Origin: Acidimicrobiia bacterium
GTDB lineage: Bacteria; Actinomycetota; Acidimicrobiia; IMCC26256; PALSA-610
Direction of reading: 5' to 3'
Length of the DNA stretch: 38,260 bases
Assembly: GCA_036271555.1 (NCBI GenBank)
Contig: DATBAK010000054.1
Span: 1-38,260 of the forward strand
The position numbers and the translations under genes are program-made. Numbering within the stretch: position 1 is the stretch's first letter; every line of letters begins with the position of its first letter. The notes below the pieces were generated by a model. It did not search any database. It saw only the letters and a program-made list of their open reading frames with translations, and was not told the DNA's origin. Of this stretch, positions 30,464-38,260 are shown in pieces.

Positions 30464-31991
30464 CGAGCCGTTCGCGGCCTTCCCAGTACGGCGCGCGCAG
30501 CTTGAACTTTTGGAGCTTGCCGGTCGCGGTGCGCGCGAGCTCCGTGCGGAACTCGATCGCCGTGGGGCACTTGTAGTGCGCGAGTCGCTCGCGGCAGTGC
30601 TCGATGATCTCGACCTCGGTGACCGTCGCGTCGGGCGCGACGACCACCAAGGCGATCACCGTCTCGCCCCACTTCTCGTGCGGCACGCCGAGCACGCACA
30701 CCTCGGCGACCGCGGGGTGCGAGAAGATGCAGTCCTCGACCTCGATCGACGACACGTTCTCGCCGCCCGAGATGATCACGTCCTTCTTGCGGTCGGAGAT
30801 CGAGAGGTAGCCGTCGTCGTCGAGGCTGCCGCCGTCGCCGGTGTGGAACCAGCCGGCGCGCAACGCGTCGGCCGACGCCTCGGGCTGCTCCCAATAGCCC
30901 CGCATGACGACGTTGCTCGCAGCCAGCACCTCACCCTCGTCGTCGACGCTCAGCCGCGTGCCCAACGTCGGCGCGCCGGCGCGCCCGAGACGCGCGGCGC
31001 GCTCGTTCGGCGCGAGCGCGTCGTACTCCGCGCGCCCGCGGTTCATCGTGAGCAACGGTGCGGTCTCGGTGAGTCCGTAGATCTGGATGAACTCCCACCC
31101 GAGCTCGGTCTCCACCCGCTCGATCGTGCGCGTCGGCGGCGGCGCGCCGGCGACGATGATGCGCGTCCGGCCGCGACCCGGGGTCTCGCCGTCCCACGTC
31201 GACGCGGCGTCGAGGATCGCGGCGACGACCGCGGGCGCGCCGTTCAACAGCGTGACGCCCTCGCGGTCGATGCGCCGGAGGATCTCCGCGCCGTCGACCT
31301 TGCGGATCACGATGTGGCGCCCGCCCATGCCCGTCACCGCGTACGGCATGCCCCAGCCGTTGCAGTGGAACATCGGGAGCGTGTGGAGGTACACATCCCG
31401 GTCGTTGACGCCGGCCTGCCAGCCGAAGATCGTCGCGTTGAGCCAGAGCGTGCGGTGCGGCAGCTCGACGCCCTTCGGCCGCGCGGTCGTCCCGCTCGTG
31501 TAGTTGATCGTCGCGGTCGCATCCTCGTCGGCGTCCCACGGCTCGGGGTCGCAGTCGTCGCGGTAGAGATCCCGATCGGACTGCGCGCCGAGCACCATGC
31601 GCTGCTTCGCGGTGACGCCGCGCAGCGTGTCGTCGAGCTCGGGGTCGACGAGCAGGATCTCCGCGCCCGAGTGCTCGATGATGTAGCCGATCTCGTCGGC
31701 GTTGAGACGGAAGTTGATCGGCACGAGGATGCGACCCCAACCGCTCACGCCCCAGAACGCGGTCATGAGCCGCGCGGAGTTGTGCGAGACGATCGCGACA
31801 CGCGCGCCGCGGTCGAGTCCCATGGCGTCGAGCGCCGCGGCCTGGGCGCGGGCGCGGCGGGCCATCTCCGCGTACGTGATGCTCCCCCACGACTCCGCGG
31901 GCTGGTCGGGCTCGTCGACGAGCGCCACGCGCGCGCCGTAGACCTGCTCGGCGCGATCGAGGAAGTCGTTGACGGTGAGCGGTACGCGCAC
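30456..31991 (-). CDS. AMP-dependent synthetase/ligase (fatty-acyl-CoA synthetase, FadD-like)
   Basis: 511 aa; INYTSGTTARPKGV AMP-binding motif, YGLTET, GWFHTGDGG, C-terminal TATGKLQK. Confidence 0.85.
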   Translation of the reverse strand: MRVPLTVNDFLDRAEQVYGARVALVDEPDQPAESWGSITYAEMARRARAQAAALDAMGLDRGARVAIVSHNSARLMTAFWGVSGWGRILVPINFRLNADEIGYIIEHSGAEILLVDPELDDTLRGVTAKQRMVLGAQSDRDLYRDDCDPEPWDADEDATATINYTSGTTARPKGVELPHRTLWLNATIFGWQAGVNDRDVYLHTLPMFHCNGWGMPYAVTGMGGRHIVIRKVDGAEILRRIDREGVTLLNGAPAVVAAILDAASTWDGETPGRGRTRIIVAGAPPPTRTIERVETELGWEFIQIYGLTETAPLLTMNRGRAEYDALAPNERAARLGRAGAPTLGTRLSVDDEGEVLAASNVVMRGYWEQPEASADALRAGWFHTGDGGSLDDDGYLSISDRKKDVIISGGENVSSIEVEDCIFSHPAVAEVCVLGVPHEKWGETVIALVVVAPDATVTEVEIIEHCRERLAHYKCPTAIEFRTELARTATGKLQKFKLRAPYWEGRERLVN

Positions 31992-32006
31992 GAAAGCCTC
32001 CTGCTC

Positions 32007-33143
32007 TCAGCTCACGTTGGCCGCACACGTCGCGGCGCGGCTCGCGAGACCCGACGTGCGGCGCCACTCGCGCAGCGCGTTGCGGTCCAGACCGTTGGTC
32101 AGGTACACGAACGAGAGACCGGTCCCGGGATCGGCCCACGCGATCTGGCCGCCCGCGCCGTTGTGACCGAACGCCGACGCCGACACCGTGTGCCCCATGC
32201 CACGCGCCGCGCTCTGACCGTCGTCGCCCGCGACCACGAGCCCGAGCGTGCGGTTCGCGGCGACGCCGAGCTCGTTCGGGAAGCGATTGAGCACCTCACT
32301 CGTGCCACTGCGCAGCACGTCGTGGTCCCACAGCCCACCCGAGTCGTGCAGCAGTGCTTGGTAGAAGCGCGCGAGGTCGGCCGCACTCGAGACCGCGCCG
32401 CCGCCGGGCACGCCGAGCTCGAGGTTCGCGGGCTCGTTGAAGCCGAGCAGGACCTCCTCGGTCACCTCGGTGACGGGAAGCTCGCGTGCGCCGATCGCGG
32501 CCTGGAGCTCGTCGGGCGGCGCAGGCTCGCCGCAACCCACGATGGTCGCGATGGCGCTCGGCTCGCCGCGCACGCCGAGCTCGAGTCGTCGCAATCCGAG
32601 CGCTTCGAGGATCCGGACGCGTACGAACTCGCGGTAATCGACACCCGCGATCCGCTCGATCAGCTCCGCGAGCACCCAGTGCGCGGCGGTCGGGTGGTAC
32701 TCGAACGCCGTGCCGGGCTCGAAGGTCAGGCGCCACTTCGCGAAGCGCGCGAGCCTCGCCTCGCGCGTGTACCAGTCGGGCGGACCGAGCGGCGCGTGCG
32801 GGAAGCCGCTCGTGTGCGTGAGCAGTTGCTCGACGGTGACGACGTCCTTCCCGAACGTGGCGAACTCCGGGACGATGTCGGCGACGCGCGCCGAGGTCTG
32901 CAACCGGTCGTCGCCGATCAGCAGCCAGACCGCGCTCGCGACGATCGCCTTCGTGCACGAGAAGATCACGTAGCGCGAGTCGGAGGTCGCGTCGCCGAGC
33001 GTCTCCTCGAGCACGATCTCGCCGTTGAAGCCGAGGGCGAGCTGGCACGACGGCAACAACCCCGAATCGATCTCACGATGCGCCCGGTCGACCAGCGCAT
33101 GCATCGCCTGCTCGTCGAGCGTCCGCACCGGACTCGTGCTCAT
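32007..33143 (-). CDS. Beta-lactamase-related serine hydrolase (class C/EstB-like esterase family)
   Basis: 378 aa; SxxK motif IFSCTKAIVASAVWLL, overall PF00144 pattern. Confidence 0.75.
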   Translation of the reverse strand: MSTSPVRTLDEQAMHALVDRAHREIDSGLLPSCQLALGFNGEIVLEETLGDATSDSRYVIFSCTKAIVASAVWLLIGDDRLQTSARVADIVPEFATFGKDVVTVEQLLTHTSGFPHAPLGPPDWYTREARLARFAKWRLTFEPGTAFEYHPTAAHWVLAELIERIAGVDYREFVRVRILEALGLRRLELGVRGEPSAIATIVGCGEPAPPDELQAAIGARELPVTEVTEEVLLGFNEPANLELGVPGGGAVSSAADLARFYQALLHDSGGLWDHDVLRSGTSEVLNRFPNELGVAANRTLGLVVAGDDGQSAARGMGHTVSASAFGHNGAGGQIAWADPGTGLSFVYLTNGLDRNALREWRRTSGLASRAATCAANVS

Positions 33144-33247
33144 CGGCGACCTCCAGGAACGCGGAGGCTAGCGCCGGTCGGGGTCGTTGATCCTCGGCCG
33201 CGGCCGCCTTACCCTCGAAGGGAGCGGAGCGACCGGGGGACGTTGCC

Positions 33248-33841
33248 GTGGAGCGCGGATCGAGGCTTGCAATGTCGGCGGCCGGCACGGGCGCGCGGAT
33301 CTGCCTCGCGGGCGCGCTCGGCGCGGCCGTGCTCGTCGGCACACTGCTGCTCGCGGCCGCGCCCGCGGGCGCGTCGCTCACGGGCGCGTGCCAGGCATCG
33401 GGCACCCTCGTGAGCGCGGGCACGCCGACGCGGACGTACGACCCGAAGACCGTCGACAAGGCCACGATCCCGCGCACGGGCGACGTGCGCTGGCGGGTGG
33501 CGGTCGGCGCGTCCGGGGACCGCGCCGCGAACGGCGAGGTGGGGATCAAGTTCCCGCCGCCGATCGGCGTCGTCACGCTGGGCGAGTGGGGCAAGAACGG
33601 GAAGAAGGTCGGACGCTCCGCCAACTCGGGCATGTACCACTACGACCTGCCGTCGCTCCTTGCGGGCATCAAGGTGCCGGTGAGCGGTGAGCACCACGAG
33701 GCCGGCATCGACTGCGCGGGACAGGTCGTCGTGCAGATCAAGGGCCGCAGCCCGCTGGTGTGGGTGTCGCTCGCGCTCACGCTCGTCACCGTGCTGAACC
33801 TCGCGCTCGTGATGCGGGCGAAGCCGAGGTATCTCAAGTGA
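33248..33841 (+). CDS. Hypothetical exported protein with N-terminal signal peptide and C-terminal TM anchor
   Basis: 197 aa; ICLAGALGAAVLVGTLLLAAAPAGASL signal; C-terminal LVWVSLALTLVTVLNLALV; start GTG 33248 or ATG 33272. Confidence 0.45.
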   Translation: MERGSRLAMSAAGTGARICLAGALGAAVLVGTLLLAAAPAGASLTGACQASGTLVSAGTPTRTYDPKTVDKATIPRTGDVRWRVAVGASGDRAANGEVGIKFPPPIGVVTLGEWGKNGKKVGRSANSGMYHYDLPSLLAGIKVPVSGEHHEAGIDCAGQVVVQIKGRSPLVWVSLALTLVTVLNLALVMRAKPRYLK

Positions 33842-34032
33842 AGGCGCGCGGCCGGCCGATCCTGGGCGCGGTGAACGGGCTCTTCCTCGGCCTGTTCGTC
33901 TCGCTCGACCTGCTGTTCTTCGGCGTGATCCGCCTCGACAGCGTCGTGATCACGATCGTCGTGGTCGCGGGCATCGTCTCCGGCTTCGCGCTCGGCTGGT
34001 GGGGCCCACTCGCCCGCCGAGATCGCAACTGA
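33838..34032 (+). CDS. Small two-TM membrane protein (64 aa), translationally coupled to upstream gene
   Basis: GTG 33838 overlapping upstream stop (GTGA); ILGAVNGLFLGLFVSLDLLFFGVIRL and VVITIVVVAGIVSGFALGWW helices. Confidence 0.4.
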   Translation: MKARGRPILGAVNGLFLGLFVSLDLLFFGVIRLDSVVITIVVVAGIVSGFALGWWGPLARRDRN

Positions 34033-34050
34033 GCGTTCCCGCGGGTTCCC

Positions 34051-34094
34051 GTGGTACTGCGTTACGTCGCTATATGGCGACAACGCAGTACCAC
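34051..34094. terminator. Long near-perfect palindrome: bidirectional intrinsic-terminator-like hairpin between convergent genes
   Basis: GTGGTACTGCGTT-AC-GTCGC-TATATG-GCGAC-AACGCAGTACCAC (13-bp + 5-bp stems, AT-rich loop) between stop 34032 (+) and stop 34105 (-). Confidence 0.6.
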
Positions 34095-34104
34095 TGAGCC
34101 CGCG

Positions 34105-36246
34105 CTACCGCTGGCGGCGCGGTGAGTTCGGTCGCGGCTCGGCGGACGGCGGCGGGGTCACGACCGGCGGGTCGATCGCCGCCGGCGGCTTCGTGTCGAC
34201 CGGCGGTGCGGGCGCCTCGACCGCGGCGACCTCGGCACCGTCGCCCGTGCCCGGCGCTTCGCCGTCGCTCGGTCCCGACGAGCCGAACCCGTTGCCGCTG
34301 CCGTTCCCACTGTTGCGCAACGTGCGCATCAACGTCGCCGCGAGCCCGTCGAGCGAACCGCCACCGCCGGTCACGAGCACCTCGGGGACGATCGTGATGT
34401 GGCCGTCGGCGACCGCGTTGGCGACGGCGACGAGCGCGGTCGCGGTCTCGCCGACCGCGGCCTTCTGCGCCTTGAAGCCCTCGGCGCGCGCGAGACCGAG
34501 CGCCTCGGTCGCCTTCGCCTGCGCGATACCGATCGCTTCGACCTTCGTCGCCTCCGCGCGTCCGGTCAGCTCGACGTACGCGGCTTCACCTTGCGCCTGC
34601 GCCTCGCGTGACGCGGCCTCGTTCCTGCGGATGTCGATCGAGACCTGCGACTGTGCGAGCTGCGCCTGCATGTCGGCGGTGCCCTTCGCCTTCTCCATCT
34701 CGACGCGAGCGGTCTGCGCGCGTTCCTCCTCCGCGAAGGTCGCCTTCTCCTGGTTCGCGATCTCGCGCTGGGTCAGCACGGTCACGAGCTCGGGCGGGAA
34801 CACGACGTCCTGGATGTAGACGCCCTTCGTCTCGACGTCGTACAAACCGAGGTATTGCGTCACCGCGGTGAGCGCGGCCTGCTGCACCTGCATGCGGGTC
34901 TCGATGAAGCGCACGGCCTCGAGGTCCTGCAGCGTGTTGCGGAAGTGGTTGCCGACGGCCGACTGCAACACCTCGTTCACGAGGTTCAGCATCGTGCCGA
35001 CCATCGAGATGACCTTCGGTGCCTTCGTGTCGGGCACGTGGATCTGCACCTGCAGCTCGATGCGGAACACGAAGCCCTCACGACTCTTGCCCTCGATCGG
35101 CGAGAGGTTCGCGTCGAGGCTGTGCGCCTGCGACACCGTGTCCGACCAGTTGAGCGTGAGGATCGACGTCGGAACGATCTCGGCCGCGTAGCAACGCGGG
35201 TTGATCGGGTACTTGCCGGTGCGCAGCGGCTCCTGCCAAATGCCGCGGTGACCGGGGAGCACGATCGATCCGAACTTGAACTCGGTGCCCGACGTGTCGT
35301 TCGTCGGCAGACCGACGTACGCCTTGACGACCGCGACCTCGCCCTGGTTCACGACGAGCATCGGTACGAGCTCGACCTGCACGAGGAACGGATTGAGCAG
35401 GTACGCGCCGTAGAGCAGCGGGTCGTGCTGCAGACCGATGCGCCCGCCGGCCTCGAGGAACGATTGGAAGTCCTGGTAGTTGTTGTGCAGGTTGTTCTTG
35501 CTGCCGAGCAGCATCTCGATGACTTCTTGGTCGCTGATCGCGGCCTCGCCGTGCTCCATCTGCAAGACGTCCTGGTAGCCGCCGAGCCGGCTCGCGATGT
35601 CGCCCGACTGCAGCGGCGGGCCGTCGAGCGCGGTGACGACACCGATCATGTCCTGCGGCCCGACCGGGGCGATCACGACCACTTGCAGCTGTTGCGCGGT
35701 GAGGCCGAACGCGTCGCACGTGAGCACGCCGCCCGCGGCGCGCGCGCGATGCACGAGCTCGGGCGACACCGTGAGCCCGTAGACCTGGCTCGACGTGATG
35801 ACGATGAAGCCGACCGGGTGGATCGGCACGAGCGTGCCCGGCGGGAGCACCGGCCGCTGCACGCCCTTCTGCCCGCCGCCCTGCACGAACGTCTCGAGGT
35901 TCGAGAAGTTCTCGAACTGCGGTTGGTACACACCGCTCTTCGCGCCGATCGGCAGCGGCGCGCCGACCTGGGCGATCACCACCGCGATCTGGCCCGCCGG
36001 GACCTGCACCCACGGGAACTTCTTCACGCTGTAGACCGGCCAGAACTTGAAGCGCAGGCCCGGCATCAGCAGCTCGGCCTGGTAGCCCGCCTCGCCCCGG
36101 AAGGCGATCGGGCTGTCGTCCTTGAGCTTGCGAACCGCCACCCGCTTCGAGACCAGCCCCACCTCCGTCGGCCCGATCTGGTTGATCGACTGGTACAGAA
36201 CGATCAGGACGATGACCCCGACGACGACCCCGATGACGATTCCCAC
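34105..36246 (-). CDS. Flotillin-like SPFH/Band-7 family protein (YqiK-like), long form
   Basis: 713 aa; N-terminal TM IGVVVGVIVLIVLY, SPFH domain, long Ala/Glu/Gln-rich coiled-coil region and Pro-rich C-terminal tail. Confidence 0.75.
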   Translation of the reverse strand: MGIVIGVVVGVIVLIVLYQSINQIGPTEVGLVSKRVAVRKLKDDSPIAFRGEAGYQAELLMPGLRFKFWPVYSVKKFPWVQVPAGQIAVVIAQVGAPLPIGAKSGVYQPQFENFSNLETFVQGGGQKGVQRPVLPPGTLVPIHPVGFIVITSSQVYGLTVSPELVHRARAAGGVLTCDAFGLTAQQLQVVVIAPVGPQDMIGVVTALDGPPLQSGDIASRLGGYQDVLQMEHGEAAISDQEVIEMLLGSKNNLHNNYQDFQSFLEAGGRIGLQHDPLLYGAYLLNPFLVQVELVPMLVVNQGEVAVVKAYVGLPTNDTSGTEFKFGSIVLPGHRGIWQEPLRTGKYPINPRCYAAEIVPTSILTLNWSDTVSQAHSLDANLSPIEGKSREGFVFRIELQVQIHVPDTKAPKVISMVGTMLNLVNEVLQSAVGNHFRNTLQDLEAVRFIETRMQVQQAALTAVTQYLGLYDVETKGVYIQDVVFPPELVTVLTQREIANQEKATFAEEERAQTARVEMEKAKGTADMQAQLAQSQVSIDIRRNEAASREAQAQGEAAYVELTGRAEATKVEAIGIAQAKATEALGLARAEGFKAQKAAVGETATALVAVANAVADGHITIVPEVLVTGGGGSLDGLAATLMRTLRNSGNGSGNGFGSSGPSDGEAPGTGDGAEVAAVEAPAPPVDTKPPAAIDPPVVTPPPSAEPRPNSPRRQR

Positions 36247-36345
36247 GCTGCACGCTCCTGTCGGTCCCTCTTGTCGGAGCCTACGTCCGGAACGCCCGGA
36301 AAATGCCCGTTCTGGTCGGTTCCGCCGGCTCCCGGCCTGCGCGCC

Positions 36346-36705
36346 TCAGGGCGTGAACGACGTACGCAGGAAGATGGCGACCCGGGCGATGCGGCCGTCG
36401 GGAGCGAGGTCGAAGACGAGCGCCTCCGGCGTCTCGCGGCGCGTGCCGTTCATCGTCACGGTCTCGCTGAGCTCGGCGACCACGAGCGCGTCACCCGCGG
36501 CGACGACGCGATCGACGCGCATCACGTAGCCGTCGAGCGCCTCGATCGTCGCGCGCAGGAACGGCACGTACGCATCGACGCCGTCGTAGTCGTCGCCGTA
36601 CGGGCCGAGCCGCTCGACGTCGGGAGTGAGGCACTCGGCGAGCGCGTCCCACTCCCCGCGCGCCATCGCGTCGAGGTAGCGGCGTACGGTCGTCACTCCG
36701 TCCAT
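36346..36705 (-). CDS. SnoaL-like/NTF2-fold family protein
   Basis: ATG 36705 (MDGVTTVRRYLDAMARGEWDALAECLTPDV...), ~119 aa; earlier ATG 36744 would overlap divergent gene. Confidence 0.55.
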   Translation of the reverse strand: MDGVTTVRRYLDAMARGEWDALAECLTPDVERLGPYGDDYDGVDAYVPFLRATIEALDGYVMRVDRVVAAGDALVVAELSETVTMNGTRRETPEALVFDLAPDGRIARVAIFLRTSFTP

Positions 36706-36727
36706 GCGCCCATGCTGCACCGAAACG

Positions 36728-38260
36728 ATGCGAGCGGGCGACAATGACCGCGTGGACCGGCGCGAGTTCCTCGCGAAGCTGGGACGGGTCGCGGTCGCGT
36801 CGGCGGCGGTGCCGTTGCTCGACGCGTGTCACGGCAGCAGTCGCGCGTCGAGCCCGTCGTCGCGCGCGACGACGACCATCGGCCGTACGACGACGACCGT
36901 TCCGCCCGACCTCGACGACCTCGCGCGCAGTCTGCACGGGACGCTCGTGCGTCCGAGCGATCCGAGCTACGCGGTCGCGGCGCGGCTCGCGAACCCCGCG
37001 TTCGACACGCTGCACCCCGCCGCGGTCGCGCGCTGCACGAGCGCGCAGGATGTCGGCGCGTGCGTCGACTGGGCGCGCGCGACCGGCTCACCGATCACCG
37101 CGCGCGGCGGCGGCCACAGCTACGGCGGCTACTCGTCGGGTTCGGGGCTCGTCGTCGATCTCGGCGCGATGCGCGCGATCGCGTACGACTCCGGCTCGAA
37201 GCGCGCGACCGTCGGCGCGGGCGCGCAGTTGATCGACGTCGACCTCGCGCTCGCGGGTCAGGGCGTCGCGATCCCCGCGGGCTCGTGCCCGACGGTCGGC
37301 ATCGCGGGCCTCGCACTCGGCGGCGGGATGGGGTTGACGGGTCGCGCGTTCGGGCTCACGTGCGACAACGTCGTCGGGCTCGATGTCGTGCTCGCCGACG
37401 GCCGCCGACTGCACTGCGACGCGACGCACGAACCCGGCCTCTTTTGGGCGCTGCGCGGCGGAGGCGGCGGCAACTTCGCGATCGTCACCGCCTTCACGTT
37501 CCGCACGCACGCGGTGAGCGACGTCACGATCTACAAGCTCACGTGGTCGTGGTCGCTCGCGGGCAAGACGCTCGCGGCGTGGATGGACTGGGTGCCGAGC
37601 CTGCCCGACGAGCTGTTCAGCGCGTGCTTGCTGAGCGGCGCGCCCGGCACGGGTCCGAGCATCTCGGTGTCGGGACTCTTGGTCGGACCCGAATCGATGC
37701 TCGACCCGCTGCTCGCACCGCTCGTCGCCGCGATCGGCGCGCCGGCGACGCGCTTCGAGCGCGCGCACACCTACGGCGACGAGGCGATGATCGCCGCGGG
37801 CTGTCAGGGACTCACCCAGGACGCGTGTCATTTCGCGGGCTCGTGGCCGGGCGGAACGCTGGCGCGCTCCGCGTTCATCGCGAAATCGGACTACTTCACG
37901 AAGCCGATGGACACGAGCGCGATCGCCGCGTTGACGAGCGCGATCGGGCGCCGCACGACCGACTCACGCCTCCAAGGCGGTGCCGCGCACTTCGACGCGT
38001 ACGGCGGCGCGATCAACCGCGTGGCTCCGGAGGCGACCGCGTTCGTCCACCGCAACGTGCTGTGCTCCGCGCAGTACAGCGGCACCTTCGACCCGAACGC
38101 GCCGGCGGACGATCTCGCGGCGAATCGCGCGTGGCTCGACGGGCTGTGGAATGCGTTGCGACCCGCGGCGTCCGGCGCCGCGTATCAGAACTACATCGAC
38201 CCGACGCTCACCGACTGGCAGCAGGCGTACTACGGCGCGAACTACGACCGGCTCGTCGAG
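36728..38260 (+). CDS. Tat-exported FAD-linked oxidase, BBE/PCMH-type (3' partial, runs off window)
   Basis: Frame not in ORF track (no stop in window): ATG 36728, MRAGDNDRVDRREFLAKLGRVAVASAAVPLLDAC (twin-Arg signal, possible lipobox), then ARGGGHSYGGYS (covalent-FAD His) and CPTVGIAGLALGGGMG (second covalent Cys), ALRGGGGGNFAIVT; 511 codons to window end. Confidence 0.7.
   Translation, partial: MRAGDNDRVDRREFLAKLGRVAVASAAVPLLDACHGSSRASSPSSRATTTIGRTTTTVPPDLDDLARSLHGTLVRPSDPSYAVAARLANPAFDTLHPAAVARCTSAQDVGACVDWARATGSPITARGGGHSYGGYSSGSGLVVDLGAMRAIAYDSGSKRATVGAGAQLIDVDLALAGQGVAIPAGSCPTVGIAGLALGGGMGLTGRAFGLTCDNVVGLDVVLADGRRLHCDATHEPGLFWALRGGGGGNFAIVTAFTFRTHAVSDVTIYKLTWSWSLAGKTLAAWMDWVPSLPDELFSACLLSGAPGTGPSISVSGLLVGPESMLDPLLAPLVAAIGAPATRFERAHTYGDEAMIAAGCQGLTQDACHFAGSWPGGTLARSAFIAKSDYFTKPMDTSAIAALTSAIGRRTTDSRLQGGAAHFDAYGGAINRVAPEATAFVHRNVLCSAQYSGTFDPNAPADDLAANRAWLDGLWNALRPAASGAAYQNYIDPTLTDWQQAYYGANYDRLVE

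Noticed and set aside
30045-33413. 1122-aa ORF on the + strand
   Set aside because: Arg/Ala/Pro-dominated GC-artefact frame antisense to two well-supported minus-strand genes (the FadD-like ligase and the serine hydrolase); no recognisable motifs.
1-38260. Search for tRNA, rRNA and CRISPR arrays
   Set aside because: No T-loop/anticodon-arm cloverleaf candidates, no rRNA-like stretches and no regularly spaced direct repeats with unique spacers were seen by eye; the dispersed repeats described are not arrayed.

Overview
This is a very high-GC, Arg/Ala-rich window of actinobacterial type, densely coding on both strands. No rRNA, tRNA or CRISPR array was seen by eye.

- **Housekeeping block (about 1..9300).** Gene order matches the Mycobacterium rpfB-tatD-metG-ksgA-ispE neighbourhood. 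On the minus strand: ispE, rsmA/ksgA, an MDMPI/DinB-family enzyme, an Rpf-like transglycosylase, tatD, metG. Then an AbrB-like regulator, rsmI, a DUF192 protein and a ychF-like ATPase. Two tiny ribosomal protein genes lie here, bS22 (33 aa) and a bL37-like gene (28 aa).
- **Accessory/metabolic region (about 9300..38260).** Membrane protein, NAD-epimerase, Rrf2 regulator, a truncated IS605-type TnpB remnant, thioesterase, two SDRs, amidohydrolase, alpha/beta hydrolase. An MBOAT + SGNH O-acyltransferase pair, WS/DGAT, a Tat-exported molybdoenzyme + cytochrome b, and serC. A thioredoxin-like fusion protein is translationally coupled to a UGSC-motif selenoprotein candidate. Then a secreted tandem 4-Cys protein, MBL-fold, HD, tandem NIPSNAP, F420-LLM, Nei, FadD-like ligase, serine hydrolase, flotillin, SnoaL, and a Tat-exported BBE-like FAD oxidase that runs off the 3' end.

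The two most notable signals:
- **UGSC selenoprotein candidate.** An in-frame TGA is followed by GSC and 77 more in-frame codons. A SECIS-like hairpin starts 11 nt downstream of the TGA.
- **Dispersed intergenic repeats.** At least 11 related copies in two subtypes flank many genes and in places supply C-terminal tails or stop codons.

Many long antisense ORFs in the track are GC-driven artefacts. Coordinates of internal starts were derived from ORF-track ends by codon arithmetic and checked against the sequence; start codons in this GC content remain uncertain by a few codons.
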